From the NCBI GenBank assembly GCA_040954595.2, contig CM082598.2:8261097-8325096 (forward strand): a DNA stretch of 64,000 bases. The letters are read 5' to 3'. The notes beneath the pieces are model-generated. The model was not told the origin of the DNA and did no database searches. It saw only the letters and a list, made by a program, of their open reading frames with translations. This document shows, piece by piece, positions 39,701-52,800 of this stretch. Source of the stretch: Balanoglossus misakiensis. Its lineage: Eukaryota; Animalia; Hemichordata. Every line of letters begins with the position of its first letter. Within the stretch, counting starts at the first letter, position 1. A program made the position numbers and the translations under genes.

Positions 39701-41930
39701 ATCCTGCCAATTGGCAGGAGTCTAGTACAACCTGGAAATCTTGCCGATTGGCAGGAGTCTAGTACAACCTGGAAATCTTGCCGATTGGCAGGAGTCTAGT
39801 ACAACCTGGAAATCTTGCCGATTGGCAGGAGTCTAGTACAACCTGGAAATCCTGCCAATTGGCAGGAGTCTAGTACAACCTGGAAATCTTGCCGATTGGC
39901 AGGAGTCTAGTACAACCTGGAAATCTTGCCGATTGGCAGGAGTCTAGTACAACCTGGAAATCCTGCCAATTGGCAGGAGTCTTGTACAACCTGGAAATCT
40001 TGCCGATTGGCAGGAGTCTAGTACAACCTGGAAATCCTGCCAATTGGCAGGAGTCTTGTACAACCTGGAAATCTTGCCGATTGGCAGGAGTCTAGTACAA
40101 CCTGGAAATCTTGCCGATTGGCAGGAGTCTTGTACAGCCTGGAAATCCTGCCAATTGGCAGGAGTCATATACAACCTGGAAATCTTGCCGATTGGCAGGA
40201 GTCTTGTACTTCGCAGGAGTCTAGTACAACCTGGAAATCTTGCTGATTGGCAGGAGTCTAGTACAACCTGGAAATCTTGCCGATTGGCAGGAGTCTTGTA
40301 CAACCTGGAAATCTTGCCGATTGGCAGGAGTCTTGTACAACCTGGAAATCTTGCCGATTGGCAGGAGTCTAGTACAACCGGGAAATCCTGCCAATTGGCA
40401 GGAGTCTAGTACAACCTGGAAATCTTGCCGATTGGCAGGATTCTTGTACAACCTGGAAATCTTGCCGATTGGCAGGAGTCTAGTACAACCTGGAAATCCT
40501 GCCAATTGGCAGGAGTCTTGTACAACCTGGAAATCCTGCCGATTGGCAGGAGTCTAGTACAACCTGGAAATCTTGCCGATTGGCAGGAGTCTAGTACAAC
40601 CTGGAAATCCTGCCAATTGGCAGGAGTCTAGTACAACCTGGAAATCTTGCCGATTGGCAGGAGTCTTGTACAACCTGGAAATCTTGCCGATTGGCAGGAG
40701 TCTAGTACAACCTGGAAATCCTGCCAATTGGCAGGAGTCTAGTACAACCTGGAAATCCTGCCAATTGGCAGGAGTCTAGTACAACCTGGAAATCTTGCCG
40801 ATTGGCAGGAGTCTTGTACAACCTGGAAATCCTGCCAATTGGCAGGAGTCTTGTACAACCTGGAAATCCTGCCAATTGGCAGGAGTCTAGTACAACCTGG
40901 AAATCCTGCCAATTGGCAGGAGTCTAGTACAACCTGGAAATCCTGCCAATTGGCAGGAGTCTAGTACAACCTGGAAATCTTGCCGATTGGCAGGAGTCTA
41001 GTACAACCTGGAAATCCTGCCAATTGGCAGGAGTCTAGTACAACCTGGAAATCCTGCCAATTGGCAGGAGTCTAGTACAACCTGGAAATCCTGCCAATTG
41101 GCAGGAGTCTTGTACAACCTGGAAATCCTGCCGATTGGCAGGAGTCTAGTACAACCTGGAAATCTTGCCGATTGGCAGGAGTCTAGTACAACCTGGAAAT
41201 CCTGCCAATTGGCAGGAGTCTAGTACAACCTGGAAATCTTGCCGATTGGCAGGAGTCTAGTACAACCTGGAAATCTTGCCGATTGGCAGGAGTCTAGTAC
41301 AACCTGGAAATCCTGCCAATTGGCAGGAGTCTAGTACAACCTGGAAATCTTGCCGATTGGCAGGAGTCTAGTACAACCTGGAAATCTTGCCGATTGGCAG
41401 GAGTCTAGTACAACCTGGAAGTCCTGCCAATTGGCAGGAGTCTAGTACAACCTGGAAATCTTGCCAATTGGCAGGAGTCTAGTACAACCTGGAAATCCTG
41501 CCGATTGGCAGGAGTCTAGTACAACCTGGAAATCTTGCCGATTGGCAGGAGTCTAGTACAACCTGGAAATCCTGCCAATTGGCAGTAGTCTAGTACAACC
41601 TGGAAATCTTGCCGATTGGCAGGAGTCTAGTACAACCTGGAAATCTTGCCGATTGGCAGGAGTCTAGTACAACCTGGAAATCCTGCCAATTGGCAGGAGT
41701 CTTGTACAACCTGGAAATCTTGCCGATTGGCAGGAGTCTTGTACAGCCTGGAAATCCTGCCAATTGGCAGGAGTCTTGTACAACCTGGAAATCTTGCCGA
41801 TTGGCAGGAGTCTAGTACCGCCTGAAAATCCTGCCAATTGGCAGGAGTCTAGTACAGCCTGAAAATCCTGCCAATTGGCAGGGATTTCTAAATCGTTGCG
41901 GTTTTCCTGCCAATTGGCAAGATTTCAAGC
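36745..41930. repeat. 37-bp satellite array, ~5.1 kb (about 140 units)
   Basis: Unit TACAACCTGGAAATC(C/T)TGCC(A/G)ATTGGCAGGAGTCT(A/T)G, with palindromic core TCCTGCCAATTGGCAGGA. Confidence 0.98.
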
Positions 41931-43887
41931 TATACAAGATTCCTTTCCCATTGACTATTAAACTGCGCTCGTTTTTCTGTTGAAAAAAGTCAAATCAAAT
42001 TTAGCATCGCTCAAAGTTAGTTTTTTATTCAATAAAAATAATAACGAGGGTCTTTAATGTAACATTTATGCACTTTTTCATTGAAAAATCAATTTCAAAA
42101 TTTCCCTTTGACAACCATGGGTTTTTTTCAAAGGAATTTCATAATTTTTGTTTGGGCTGACATTGATAATGAGTATTTCCATACAAAAATCCGATTTTAT
42201 CTTCGTTTTCGAAAATTGGGATTTCTATGTTGTTGTGTTCATTATCAATTTTTAACTAACTTAAAATGGATGCAGCAATTGTTAAATAGCAAGATCATAA
42301 TTGTTCATTTCAGTAATTGTCATTGTATAACCCTTTTTAATAGTCCGCGCACAGCGGTGTCCATCCTTCTAACTAACCGTGCATCGATCACCTGCAATTT
42401 CTCGGGAATTCGTTCAGCGAGTTTTGAACTTGGTTTTTTGTTTGTATAGTATACCCTTTGGTCTATCAATGCACGCCACATGCTTTCACAAAAATGTCCA
42501 ATTTGGCCATAGCTGTAAGAAAGATTCGCTTTTTGATTTTTGGAATGTCTGGTATTTAGAGTTGTAGACTGAATCATTCTTGTATGTTTACATCGGACGC
42601 GCGACATCGTCACAGATAAAGAATCAGGGCAGCTCGAGTAGGGGGCTCCGAGTTCACAGAGGCCCTGTTGTTTATTAATGTTGTGTAAATAATGGTGACC
42701 CAAAAGTAGACGATCACGGCACCACAAATACAATGCTGGGTGACCTGAATCTGGTTTTTGTCCTTATTGTCTGGCGAAAAATTATGTGAAAGAAGCATTT
42801 TTGACGCAGATAAAGTAGCAGGTATGAAAGAAAGTTGACGTTGAAAAGGAACCATCGATGGCTACGTGACGATTAAATTTGAGCCATTTTTCTATGAAAC
42901 CGAACGCCACACACTTCCACACTGTCTCAGATGTAAATGCTGCCTTATCACCATTCAAATAACAACACAACTTTACTTAGTATACCAATACGACTATTTA
43001 TTTATTATTGCTAAACAAAACACAGCACAACCTCATATTTTAAACCTTTTTTCATACAATAGTGTGATAGCAGCTGAGACAATTTACACGCAAAGTTGTA
43101 AAATTTATTATTTTATGACATAATTGTATGACACTTTAGAGGATATCATCATCATCATCATCGTCATCATCATCATCATGATCTTACACAGGTTCCACAT
43201 TGTATTACATAGATTATTCGTATGTGTACATTATGATAAAAGTTTGTTGGCCTCTACGTCGCCGCAAACACATGTATCAATTTTCAGCTTTCACCTTCAT
43301 CTACCTTTCCATTGAATCGAACATATCACAAGTTATATAGGTTGATAAATGTTAAGTTATAATAATAATAATTAATAATATTTATATCTGAATTCAATTG
43401 TGTGTGTGCGAAATTTGTCAAGTTATTTGAAATATTATGTGCTTAAGATGTACATGGGCGGCAAAAGTAATATCTTGTTAATATTGAGACGTAATTTGAA
43501 AATTGTATTTGTACTTAAACCTACTTAACATTTGCAAACCATGAAATATGTTTAACAGAATTAGAAATCAAAACCATCTCATAATATAGTTATTCAAATT
43601 ATCCGATGCAACTTTTTAAATTGTACTTACTGTAATATGATGAAAACCATCAACGTTGTGAGAGGGTAAGGTACATTCTTGCTAAAGCCACATTGCTCTA
43701 CTGTTAATGTTATCGAGCAACCACGACGAGAAAAAGTGATTTTTAAACAATATGCATGAGCACACGTTAATTACAGATAATTAAATTCCTCTTGACGCAT
43801 AACATAAACATTTTCTACAACGCATTGTCCTTCCTTGTCAACGTGATATTGATGTTCGCTTTGATGCTGTTGAAACTTGTCCGGCGA

Positions 43888-46800
43888 TTACAGGTGATTA
43901 CACATACACACGGTGGAGTTTACCTTAGATGACGGTGATACCTGCATATAAAATGGCATATGGACAATTGCATTAATACACGTGATTTCAAGTAGATTCA
44001 TCTTTCCACAAAAAAACGCAAGTCCCACATGTATATATGTAATACTAATACACCAATAAAGAATGGTACATAGGAGCCAGTACAATTTATAACTTTGTCA
44101 GATTTAATACTCTAGCCTAGAGTAGAGAAAATCATGGCAATGTTCCTAACACTCGATAAATTTATCAGGTTGTACTCGATGAACCCTAGCTATATCTTTA
44201 AAACTCTGCACTCGCTTCTGATTAGCAGCAGACTAGTAGGGCGGGTCAACTAGGTCCAAATCGAGTCATTTGCGAGTCCCAGTTTAACTTCCTTATATTG
44301 ATAGCACCATGAAGAATTTACCATTGTGATCTCTTTAACATTTTGAACTACATCTCCACGATACAGTGTTGAAGACGTCTTGGATTTTAGCTGACTTGGA
44401 TACGTAAATTTGCTGATTTAAGATTCCGCTAATTCAAACATTTCTCAACGTTAATCACCCTAGTTAAAGTGTCTTTATCACTAAATTATAATCCGATGAT
44501 TGTACGGAATATATCCACTTGTGCTATGTTATAATAATTCTTTAACCCCCCCCCCCAAATATAATAATAATTATACGCTGTACATAAAAGATACAGCAGG
44601 ACAAAACAGAAAGTCATATAACCATACCCGACATCCGTCACTGTTCCAGATATCAGAGTTGTCCATCGAATAAACACAAGTTACTTGTTTAGCAGCCATT
44701 ATGAACGTGACATTTTGCCCTGGAAAACAAGGAAGTTTAATTAAACATATAGCTATTCTGATCCGTGTGTATATTAATTTTCGTGGTGCGGAGTATTTTG
44801 TTGCACTTTCGCTCGCTGCGCTCGTGAAAGTACTGCGGCAGAATACACCTCATCACTCGTGAAAACTTCTGTACGGCACAGACAGCGCGCAGAGGTTCGA
44901 TGGGTATTTGGCTGGTACCCTGCCTCGGTGACAAACACCAAAGAGGCAGGTAAGGACAAACCGCCATATTTAGAATTGTGGAACCTGATTGGCTAATACA
45001 TGAACGTTCTCTAACTTCTTAACAATCATTTTTACCCTTCCCGGATATACATATTAAAAAAAACACAACCGTTTTATGATGGAAGTGAAGCTAAAATCAA
45101 TGCAACTACTGACACAAATGTACGTTTATACAAATGTTAGTTTTACAACAGACATGCGCATTAGCCCACCTCCGGAGTGTAAAAAACTAACACATTACAA
45201 AATGGCGGATGGTAGTTATCTGCATCTATCTTCGTGACATGTCTTGCTCAGTCACGTGAGACGCAGCGTTCAACGAACATGAGTATTTGTCATAGAACAC
45301 GCTATCTTCATGATCTTAGTGCGCATAATTCATCAATTCTACATGAGGAAACTATATACAGTTTCGGATTTTTAGGAAGTTCAACACTTACACTGCGGAA
45401 TGGCAAAGGTTAAATAGTAAAGTCCGGTCCTGAAGAAGTAGTGTTCTGGAATGAACATACTGGAACGGTTCCCAGAAAAGTGGACATCCAGGGAGAACAT
45501 GTAGCCACGATAGTTATCAGTGTAGTCGACAATCTCATTGAAGACATAGGCTGTGGTATTTCCATACATGGTTTCCGAATTTTCGAGTGAAATGATAACT
45601 GCATGCAACAACATATCTATCTGCAAAGAGAGGTGCAGAATACCCATTAGTCCGAGTCTCACACGGTGACATATTTAAACCTGTTGTACGATTTCCTGTG
45701 CGACGTTACTTTTTGTGTTTAATTACTTTAGAGCATTATTCCACTTCATGATAATTTCCAACTCTAAGCGTGTGTCTTCTGTATCCGATGTGACTTCAAA
45801 TTAAATCAAGTCATGGATTATTTAGTGCCCAGAATCTCCATATAAACCATGTTTCTTGCAATATGGGGGCTCAATAAACAGGTCTGAAACCCTTTTCTTG
45901 TTCAACTTGTTCACGTACAGCCACAACCACAGATTGATAGTACATTTGTGTATACCAACTGGTAAATTTTCTAACTAATAACTATCAGAATACCAAGAAA
46001 GTGACATCTCATGGGTCGTTAAAGATAGCTCTATGACTCATAGACTAGATAAATTCAACAGATGCACTTTAGTGTTCCCAAAGCATTGTCAGAATTTCAT
46101 GTCAATTTTTTTTTATTTTTCTTAAATTGATTAGCTGTCTGCAAATTTTAAGAGATCAATCAGACTACAGCTTTAGTGGAATGGTACTTTTTGGCGCGAG
46201 CACTAAATAAACGCCTATAAGAGATAAAAATAAATGCTTGCCATGACAAGCGAAACGAAGGAAATACAGCAGACATAAAGGAGAAGAGTAGAGAAGATTA
46301 ACAGGAAATTTGTGAGAAAGATTTATGCCGACAGAGGAGAACCGTAACAAATAGGAAGTGAAGAGTATCTGTACCGGGCTGGGATTTTTTTTATCATTTT
46401 TATCGTTCACCTACTTTGATATACGTGCTGAAATAGGTGACGTTAACAGCTTCGATATATACACCTCCAATCAACTCATGAGTATCCGGCGGAGGGGGGT
46501 CACTTGCAAACGCAATGATGATGTCCTCTTCTGTGGCAAGAACTGGGAGATTTAATAGAGAAGACCGAGAGCGGATTGTGAGTTAGCTTTTCAATATATA
46601 CCATAGTTATCAAGGTCTTGTGACAAGCTGGTCACACAAATGAGGATAAATCTCGAATGGAAAGTAAAAAGAAGATTTTAACATTTCTCTTTATAAGAGA
46701 ATCACTAAAATGTCAAGCAAACTCAGCCTGACATTACATATATTTAAAAAAAGACATGCCTTCTATTTCACTGTCCTGACTGTCCGTGAACGACAAACTT

Positions 46801-49800
46801 AAGACATCATTAGCAAAGAAACCACTTCTTTCGTCATATTGGAGGCATCTCCTATTCACACTTGTAACCTGTGCATGTTCAGAAGAAAGTCTTTTTAGGC
46901 CACTGCTATAATCAGCTGAGCAACCCAACCCGTACCCGTGTCTGTGACGCGACACCTATGCTCTGGATCTTGCTTGGCCGTACTTCTGCATTCTCTCGAC
47001 AAGACAAGCCATGATTTGTATGTGGACGCATCAAATGGGTAGTAGACACTAATAACTAGTACCGCGTACGTGTGTGAAAATTACCCGTACCTGCATGCAG
47101 TGATTGCGTATACATGTACGACCGCCCAGTGTGCAATAAGTAAAATTAACAGATCTGGAACCTTGTAAGTAAACATCGATATATGTTTGCATGTCTTGCG
47201 ATAACGACTCGCCACACTATAGTTGAACTTGTTGTATTACAAACACACACAAGAGCAGTCCTGTAGTTCACGCGTAAGGAAAGAGTGACTTTAACAAACT
47301 TACTATCATATTAATATGCTCTCCTGGAGTAAAGTTTGAGAATATTTTCTCTGCAGGTGGAATGACAACGGCATTACCATCTCCTAGCTGTATCTCTGAG
47401 TTAGTTAAATTCTCAACGGTGCTGACTTCCAAATACAAATTGATGTTTGTTGTATTCAACACGATTGGACCACTGCCAGGTTTAGAGTTGCGCAAAGCAA
47501 ATTTTGAGATGACGTCGGTTGCACGAAGCAGAACTGTTACCAGTGACTGACTGTCGTTATAACTGTCACTGGATAATGACATCAGGGAATCAATGAAGTG
47601 CACCATTCCTGCAAGTAGTGATGTATATCGAAAACTTTATGAAATCATGAGCATGAATAATATTCAGCTAATTAGTTGCTAGTTATATTAGCAGATTTTG
47701 AAATCACACCCTTTGTTGGAAATAATATTGTGACAACGCCGGTTATCAAACCCTGGGCCACTTCAAAAGCTTTCAATTGTTGAGACTGAGTGCTGGCAAA
47801 AATGGAGAGACAAAATGACATCATTGTCATGTACATATATTTACGGCGTCGAATTTAATGAACCCATCTACAGGTCATCGTCGTAAATCCACATGTGCCT
47901 TAACGTAGTACACTTTTGGTATCAAAATGCTGGCAGAACTAATCAAAGACTTCTGTATTATGACGAAAGTTACATATGGTATGTTAACATTGTATAAATT
48001 GGCTACTGCATAGGCCAAGTATTTCCATATATGATTCTGCAGTGGATATGACCTCAGAGAAGAGCAAGTGATTGAAGTATTGCAAACGGTGGATCACACA
48101 TTACAATTCATTATGATGGCTTATATTACAAGACACCATATGATTGGAAATATTCAACTTTACATATAAAACCCGCAAATCACAAATCATTTAACAGCAG
48201 CAATGTCGTAAAAATATCACTGTGTCCGAATTTCTGTAGAAGCAAACCGTCTTTCATGCACTGGGACGGGGCCTTAATCACAAAAGGGAAACTGTTGCAA
48301 GGTTAACTGCAAGGATTAAGACTTTCTAATAAATTCAACGTCACTTGCCTTCAGCCATATCTTGCCGTTCTGCTGCAGACACATTTAAGTTGAAACCCCG
48401 AAGTCCAGAAATCGTGTCCGAAAAGTTGTTCAAAATCTCTATTATCTGTAGGAGTAAAACATAAATGAACATTCGAAATTATGCTTCCACAGTTGTTGCC
48501 TATGCAATTGAAATATGTCCTTGTCGAGCTGTACACTACACTGCGCCACATTGTTACTTTTTACAACAGCGTATGGGCAGTCGACCTGAACGTCACTGGA
48601 ACACATTGTCACATTACTTAATGTATACAAAAGGCAAAAGACAAGCAAAAATACAAACATGTAATGAAAGATGTACAAAGTCAACCAACTACAAGGCAGA
48701 GGGATGGGAGGGTGGTGAAATTAAAGCAAATCGCTATGACAATATGAAAGCAGCGTGTACGAGCAGTGGCCTTCCCTGATTGGCTGAAAGTTGGTCATGT
48801 GAGGGTCATGGAGCTTGCGTGATTTAAACACGGCTCGAAGAGCTAGTACTTAAGCAATAACCCCCGCCGCAGGCGGGTATACGCGAGTATACAGTTGCAC
48901 TGGCTACCTGTTACAGAGCGTATTGTTTTTAAGATGTTAGTTCTCATTTTTAAATCCATTCATAAACTTGGTCCAATCTATCTTTCTAGCATGACTAATC
49001 TGTATGTTCCGTGTCGCAATTTAAGGTCAGCTGATCAGTTCAAACTCTGCCCTGTTCGATCACGCACCAAGAGTTATGGTGATCGTGCTTTTACTGTTGC
49101 TGCTCCAATTCTTTGGAATAATCTTCCACTCACCATTCGCCAGGCACCAGACTTATCTGTTTTTAAATCAAATGTTAAAACTTTACTTTTTAAATCTGTT
49201 TTTTAGCCATTTGTTGTATTGTACTTTAATTTGCTTTAAGCGTCATTGATCACATGTTTTGTGGATACTGACGCTATACAAATAAATTATTATTATATTA
49301 TTATTTGGGTACAATTCGAGACATATAGCACGAGCCGTCAGGCAAGTGCTACATATGGAGCGAATTGTACCCAAATCGAGTGTATACCCGACTGAGGCGG
49401 GAGTTATTGCTATTATATTATATCAACAATTGTTTTTGTAGCATATCAGTGTCGTTTTCTTACCGAAACGGCGTCAGAAAGAGAAATTACGATCGTGAAG
49501 CAAAATGGCGACGATGAATGTAAACACGAGCGGCCGGGATCGAGCATTAAACATGAAGCAGACGACAAAAAGTGACAAGACGGGCATCGCGCTTGGCAAA
49601 GTGACAAATATTTCCACAGTGCAGTTCCAAAATAAAACGTCCGTTAATTCAACAGTATTTTTGTTTTATTTATTTGGTTTAAACACACGCGACTGTGGTT
49701 TAACCGCACATTTTTGCTGCCGTATGCTAGTTCAGGGGCCCGTTTTAGCACTGCCAGTAGTGCATTATTGAGTATTTTAGCATCGCTGGATTGAGCTCTC

Positions 49801-52800
49801 GTCCAATCAGAATTGCGGACGGTAGCATGATATAATATAATATGGTATAAATGCAAGGTATATTATCAATTGTGTACTTACATTTGAAGGTCTTTCATTG
49901 ACAACTAAAGGTCTTACAACACCTTCATTGATGTACCGTAGAGTAGTCAACATGTAAAATGAATGAAACATGAACGAATCAAAATAGGAATCTCATTTGG
50001 CCCCAACACAATGTGAAACAAACTGTTTAACAGAAAGGCCTTCAACAGTATAGAGCGAAGGAAAGTTTACATGTTTTACTTTAGGTCTACAAAATAAAAC
50101 TAGACTTTGAGAAACAAATGGTTTGTTCGATGTTTACACTTTAAAAGTTAGGTTATTTTTGTAAATGCAATTTACCACGAAATATCGTTTTCTGTGCAGA
50201 ATTAAACGTTTGTTTAGAGGAATAAATTTCCTGCTTAACATTAAAGATATTGTTTGTCCAGGGGAAAATAAAATCAAAATATAATAGCGTCAAGGACACT
50301 GTGGTCCCATTTGAGGACATAGCACATAGCAATATAGCAATAAGCATATCTGCTCTGGATGCCAAGATATGATAAAGTAGGTCAAAGGTCACCTGAGGTC
50401 ATGCAAAATTTGGGCAAGAAATTTTGACCTTATACTGGTCCATGTTCAATAAAAACCAAACCTATAGCCTTATTGGTTAGCCTGGAATTAGGTATGCACA
50501 TAATTAATGAGATATGCAGGTGTCACAGGTGACCCCCAATTTTGGCTTATCAATTTTAGTGCCAACCCTCAAAACGCCAAGTCTGTACCTGCTCTGGATC
50601 CCAATATATGGTAAAGTAGGTCAAAGGTCACCTGAGGTCATGCAAAATTTGGGCAAGAAATTTTGACCCTATACTGGTCCATGTTCAACAAAAACCAAAC
50701 CTATAGCCTTATTGGTTAGCCCGGAATTAGGTATGCACATAATTAATGAGATATGCAGGTGTCACAGGTGACCCCCAATTTTGGCTCTTCAATTTTAGTC
50801 CCAACCCTCCAAACGCCAAGTCTGTACCTGCTCTGGATGCCAAGATATAGGAAAGTAGGTCAAAGGTCACCTGAGGTCACCCAAAATTTGGGCAAGAAAT
50901 TTTGACCCTATACTGGTCCATGTCCCACAAGAACGAAACCTCTAGCCCTATTAGTTAGCCCGGAATTAGGTATGCACATAATTAATGTGTTAAGCAGGTG
51001 TTACAGGTGAGCCCAAAATGTTGCCTTTTATTTTGGCCCCATTGTGCTCACTGACCAATAGACAGTCACTGTACAGGACTATTGCACAGACCAGAATTCC
51101 ACAATAAGACGTGGACATAGCTTAACCATAGAGGTATAAGTAAAGGTATAAATTTAATAAAAATACTAAAAAAATCATAAAAAATAAAACATCCTTGATA
51201 TCAACTTAACACTTACAGGTCGGTGTGAGGTTGACATAAGGTACATGCATACCAATTTTCAAAGCAATCTGACCAGTAATTGTTGACTTACAGAGTTTTG
51301 ATCAATTTCACATTTTACAAGCTAATTTGCGTATTTTTGGGCCTGGCAACTTCGTTTGGACAAACTCCCATCTACAGCCCTGCCTGCACCTACACACCAA
51401 ATATTGAGGTGATACGCGCAGCGGTTTTCAAGTTTTTGATGTGGACGGACATACAGACATACATCCATACATACATCCATCCATACATACATACAGACGC
51501 AACCCATCCCATAAGGTCCCATGGTATATAGGCCTATACCAATGGGACCTAATAACATATTAGTTTATCAAAATTTAAAATTTTGTGCGTCAAGATTACA
51601 CTTGCTTCTACGAAGATTTGTTTTCTTTAAAAAAAGTTTAAAAGTAAAAAAAAAATATCCTTGGCCTGTGGGGGCTACCGTACTAACCATAAAGACGAAA
51701 AACGGCTGACACTTTACCTTTGACCGTAACAGACAATGAACAAGAAGCGGAATTTCCGTAAGGATCCTTAGCTGTGTATGATACAAGAGTAACACCGATG
51801 GTAAAGTTGCTTCCTGGTTCATGGCTGCCAGACACAGTCACATTTCTGGAATTGTCGCTCGCATTCGGAAATGGCCATGTCACTGGGATTGTAGGATTGT
51901 CCAAGTATGTCGTTGTTTCAATGTCTGATGGACATGTGATGACAGGGTTTTCAGTGTCTGCGAAATGTTGAGAGGAACGATATAAGTAAGATTGGTTGTT
52001 CACTAAAGAGCGACGACAGTACAACTACATTAACTGGTGATATTGCCTTTGCCATAATGTTATTGGTTACACCAACGCACACCGAATATATGTGCAAAGT
52101 GGCTGAAATCGCTTGACCAATTGATGTGATAATACAAATGTTCACGTCCAGCCAGTAAGACTTCCATAATATCATTGTCTCGGAATTTACCAAACTCGTC
52201 CACAAACGCGGCAACAATCTGTGTATGCTAGAATGGATGTAAACTTGGATTCCCTTTTCTGTGTTAGTCGGAACTGAAGCTTATTTTACATGAATAACCA
52301 GATAAACGAGAAAAAAACGACGTCACCTTTGACTTTAACAGAAAATGAACAAGAAGCGGAATTTCCGTAAGGATCCTTAGCTGTTAATGATATAAGAGTA
52401 ACACCGATGGTAAAGTTGCTTCCTGGTTCATGGCTGCCAGACACAGTCACATTTCTGGAATTGTCGCTCGCATTCGGAAATGGCCATGTCACTGGGATTG
52501 TAGGATTGTCCAAGTATGTCGTTGTTTCAATGTCTGATGGACATGTGATGACAGGGTTTTCAGTGTCTGCGAAATGTTGAGAGGAACGATATAAGTAAGA
52601 TTGGTTGTTCACTAAAGAGCGACGACAGTACAACTACATTAACTGGTGATATTGCCTTTGCCATAGTGTTATTGGTTACACCAACACACACCGAATATAT
52701 GTGCAAAGTGGCTGAAATCGCTTGACCAGTTGATGTGATAATACAAATGTTCACGTCCAGCCAGTAAGACTTCCATAATATCTTTGTCTCGGAATTTACC

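Noticed and set aside
34325-41815. Many repetitive ORFs (LPIGR, ANWQ, SCQLA)
   Set aside because: They are translations of satellite DNA in all frames.
34385-41930. CRISPR-like array (37/38-bp palindromic repeats)
   Set aside because: Units are contiguous with no unique spacers, there are no cas genes, and the context is eukaryotic.
42320-42970. ORFs resembling a transposase fragment
   Set aside because: No recognisable catalytic motif.
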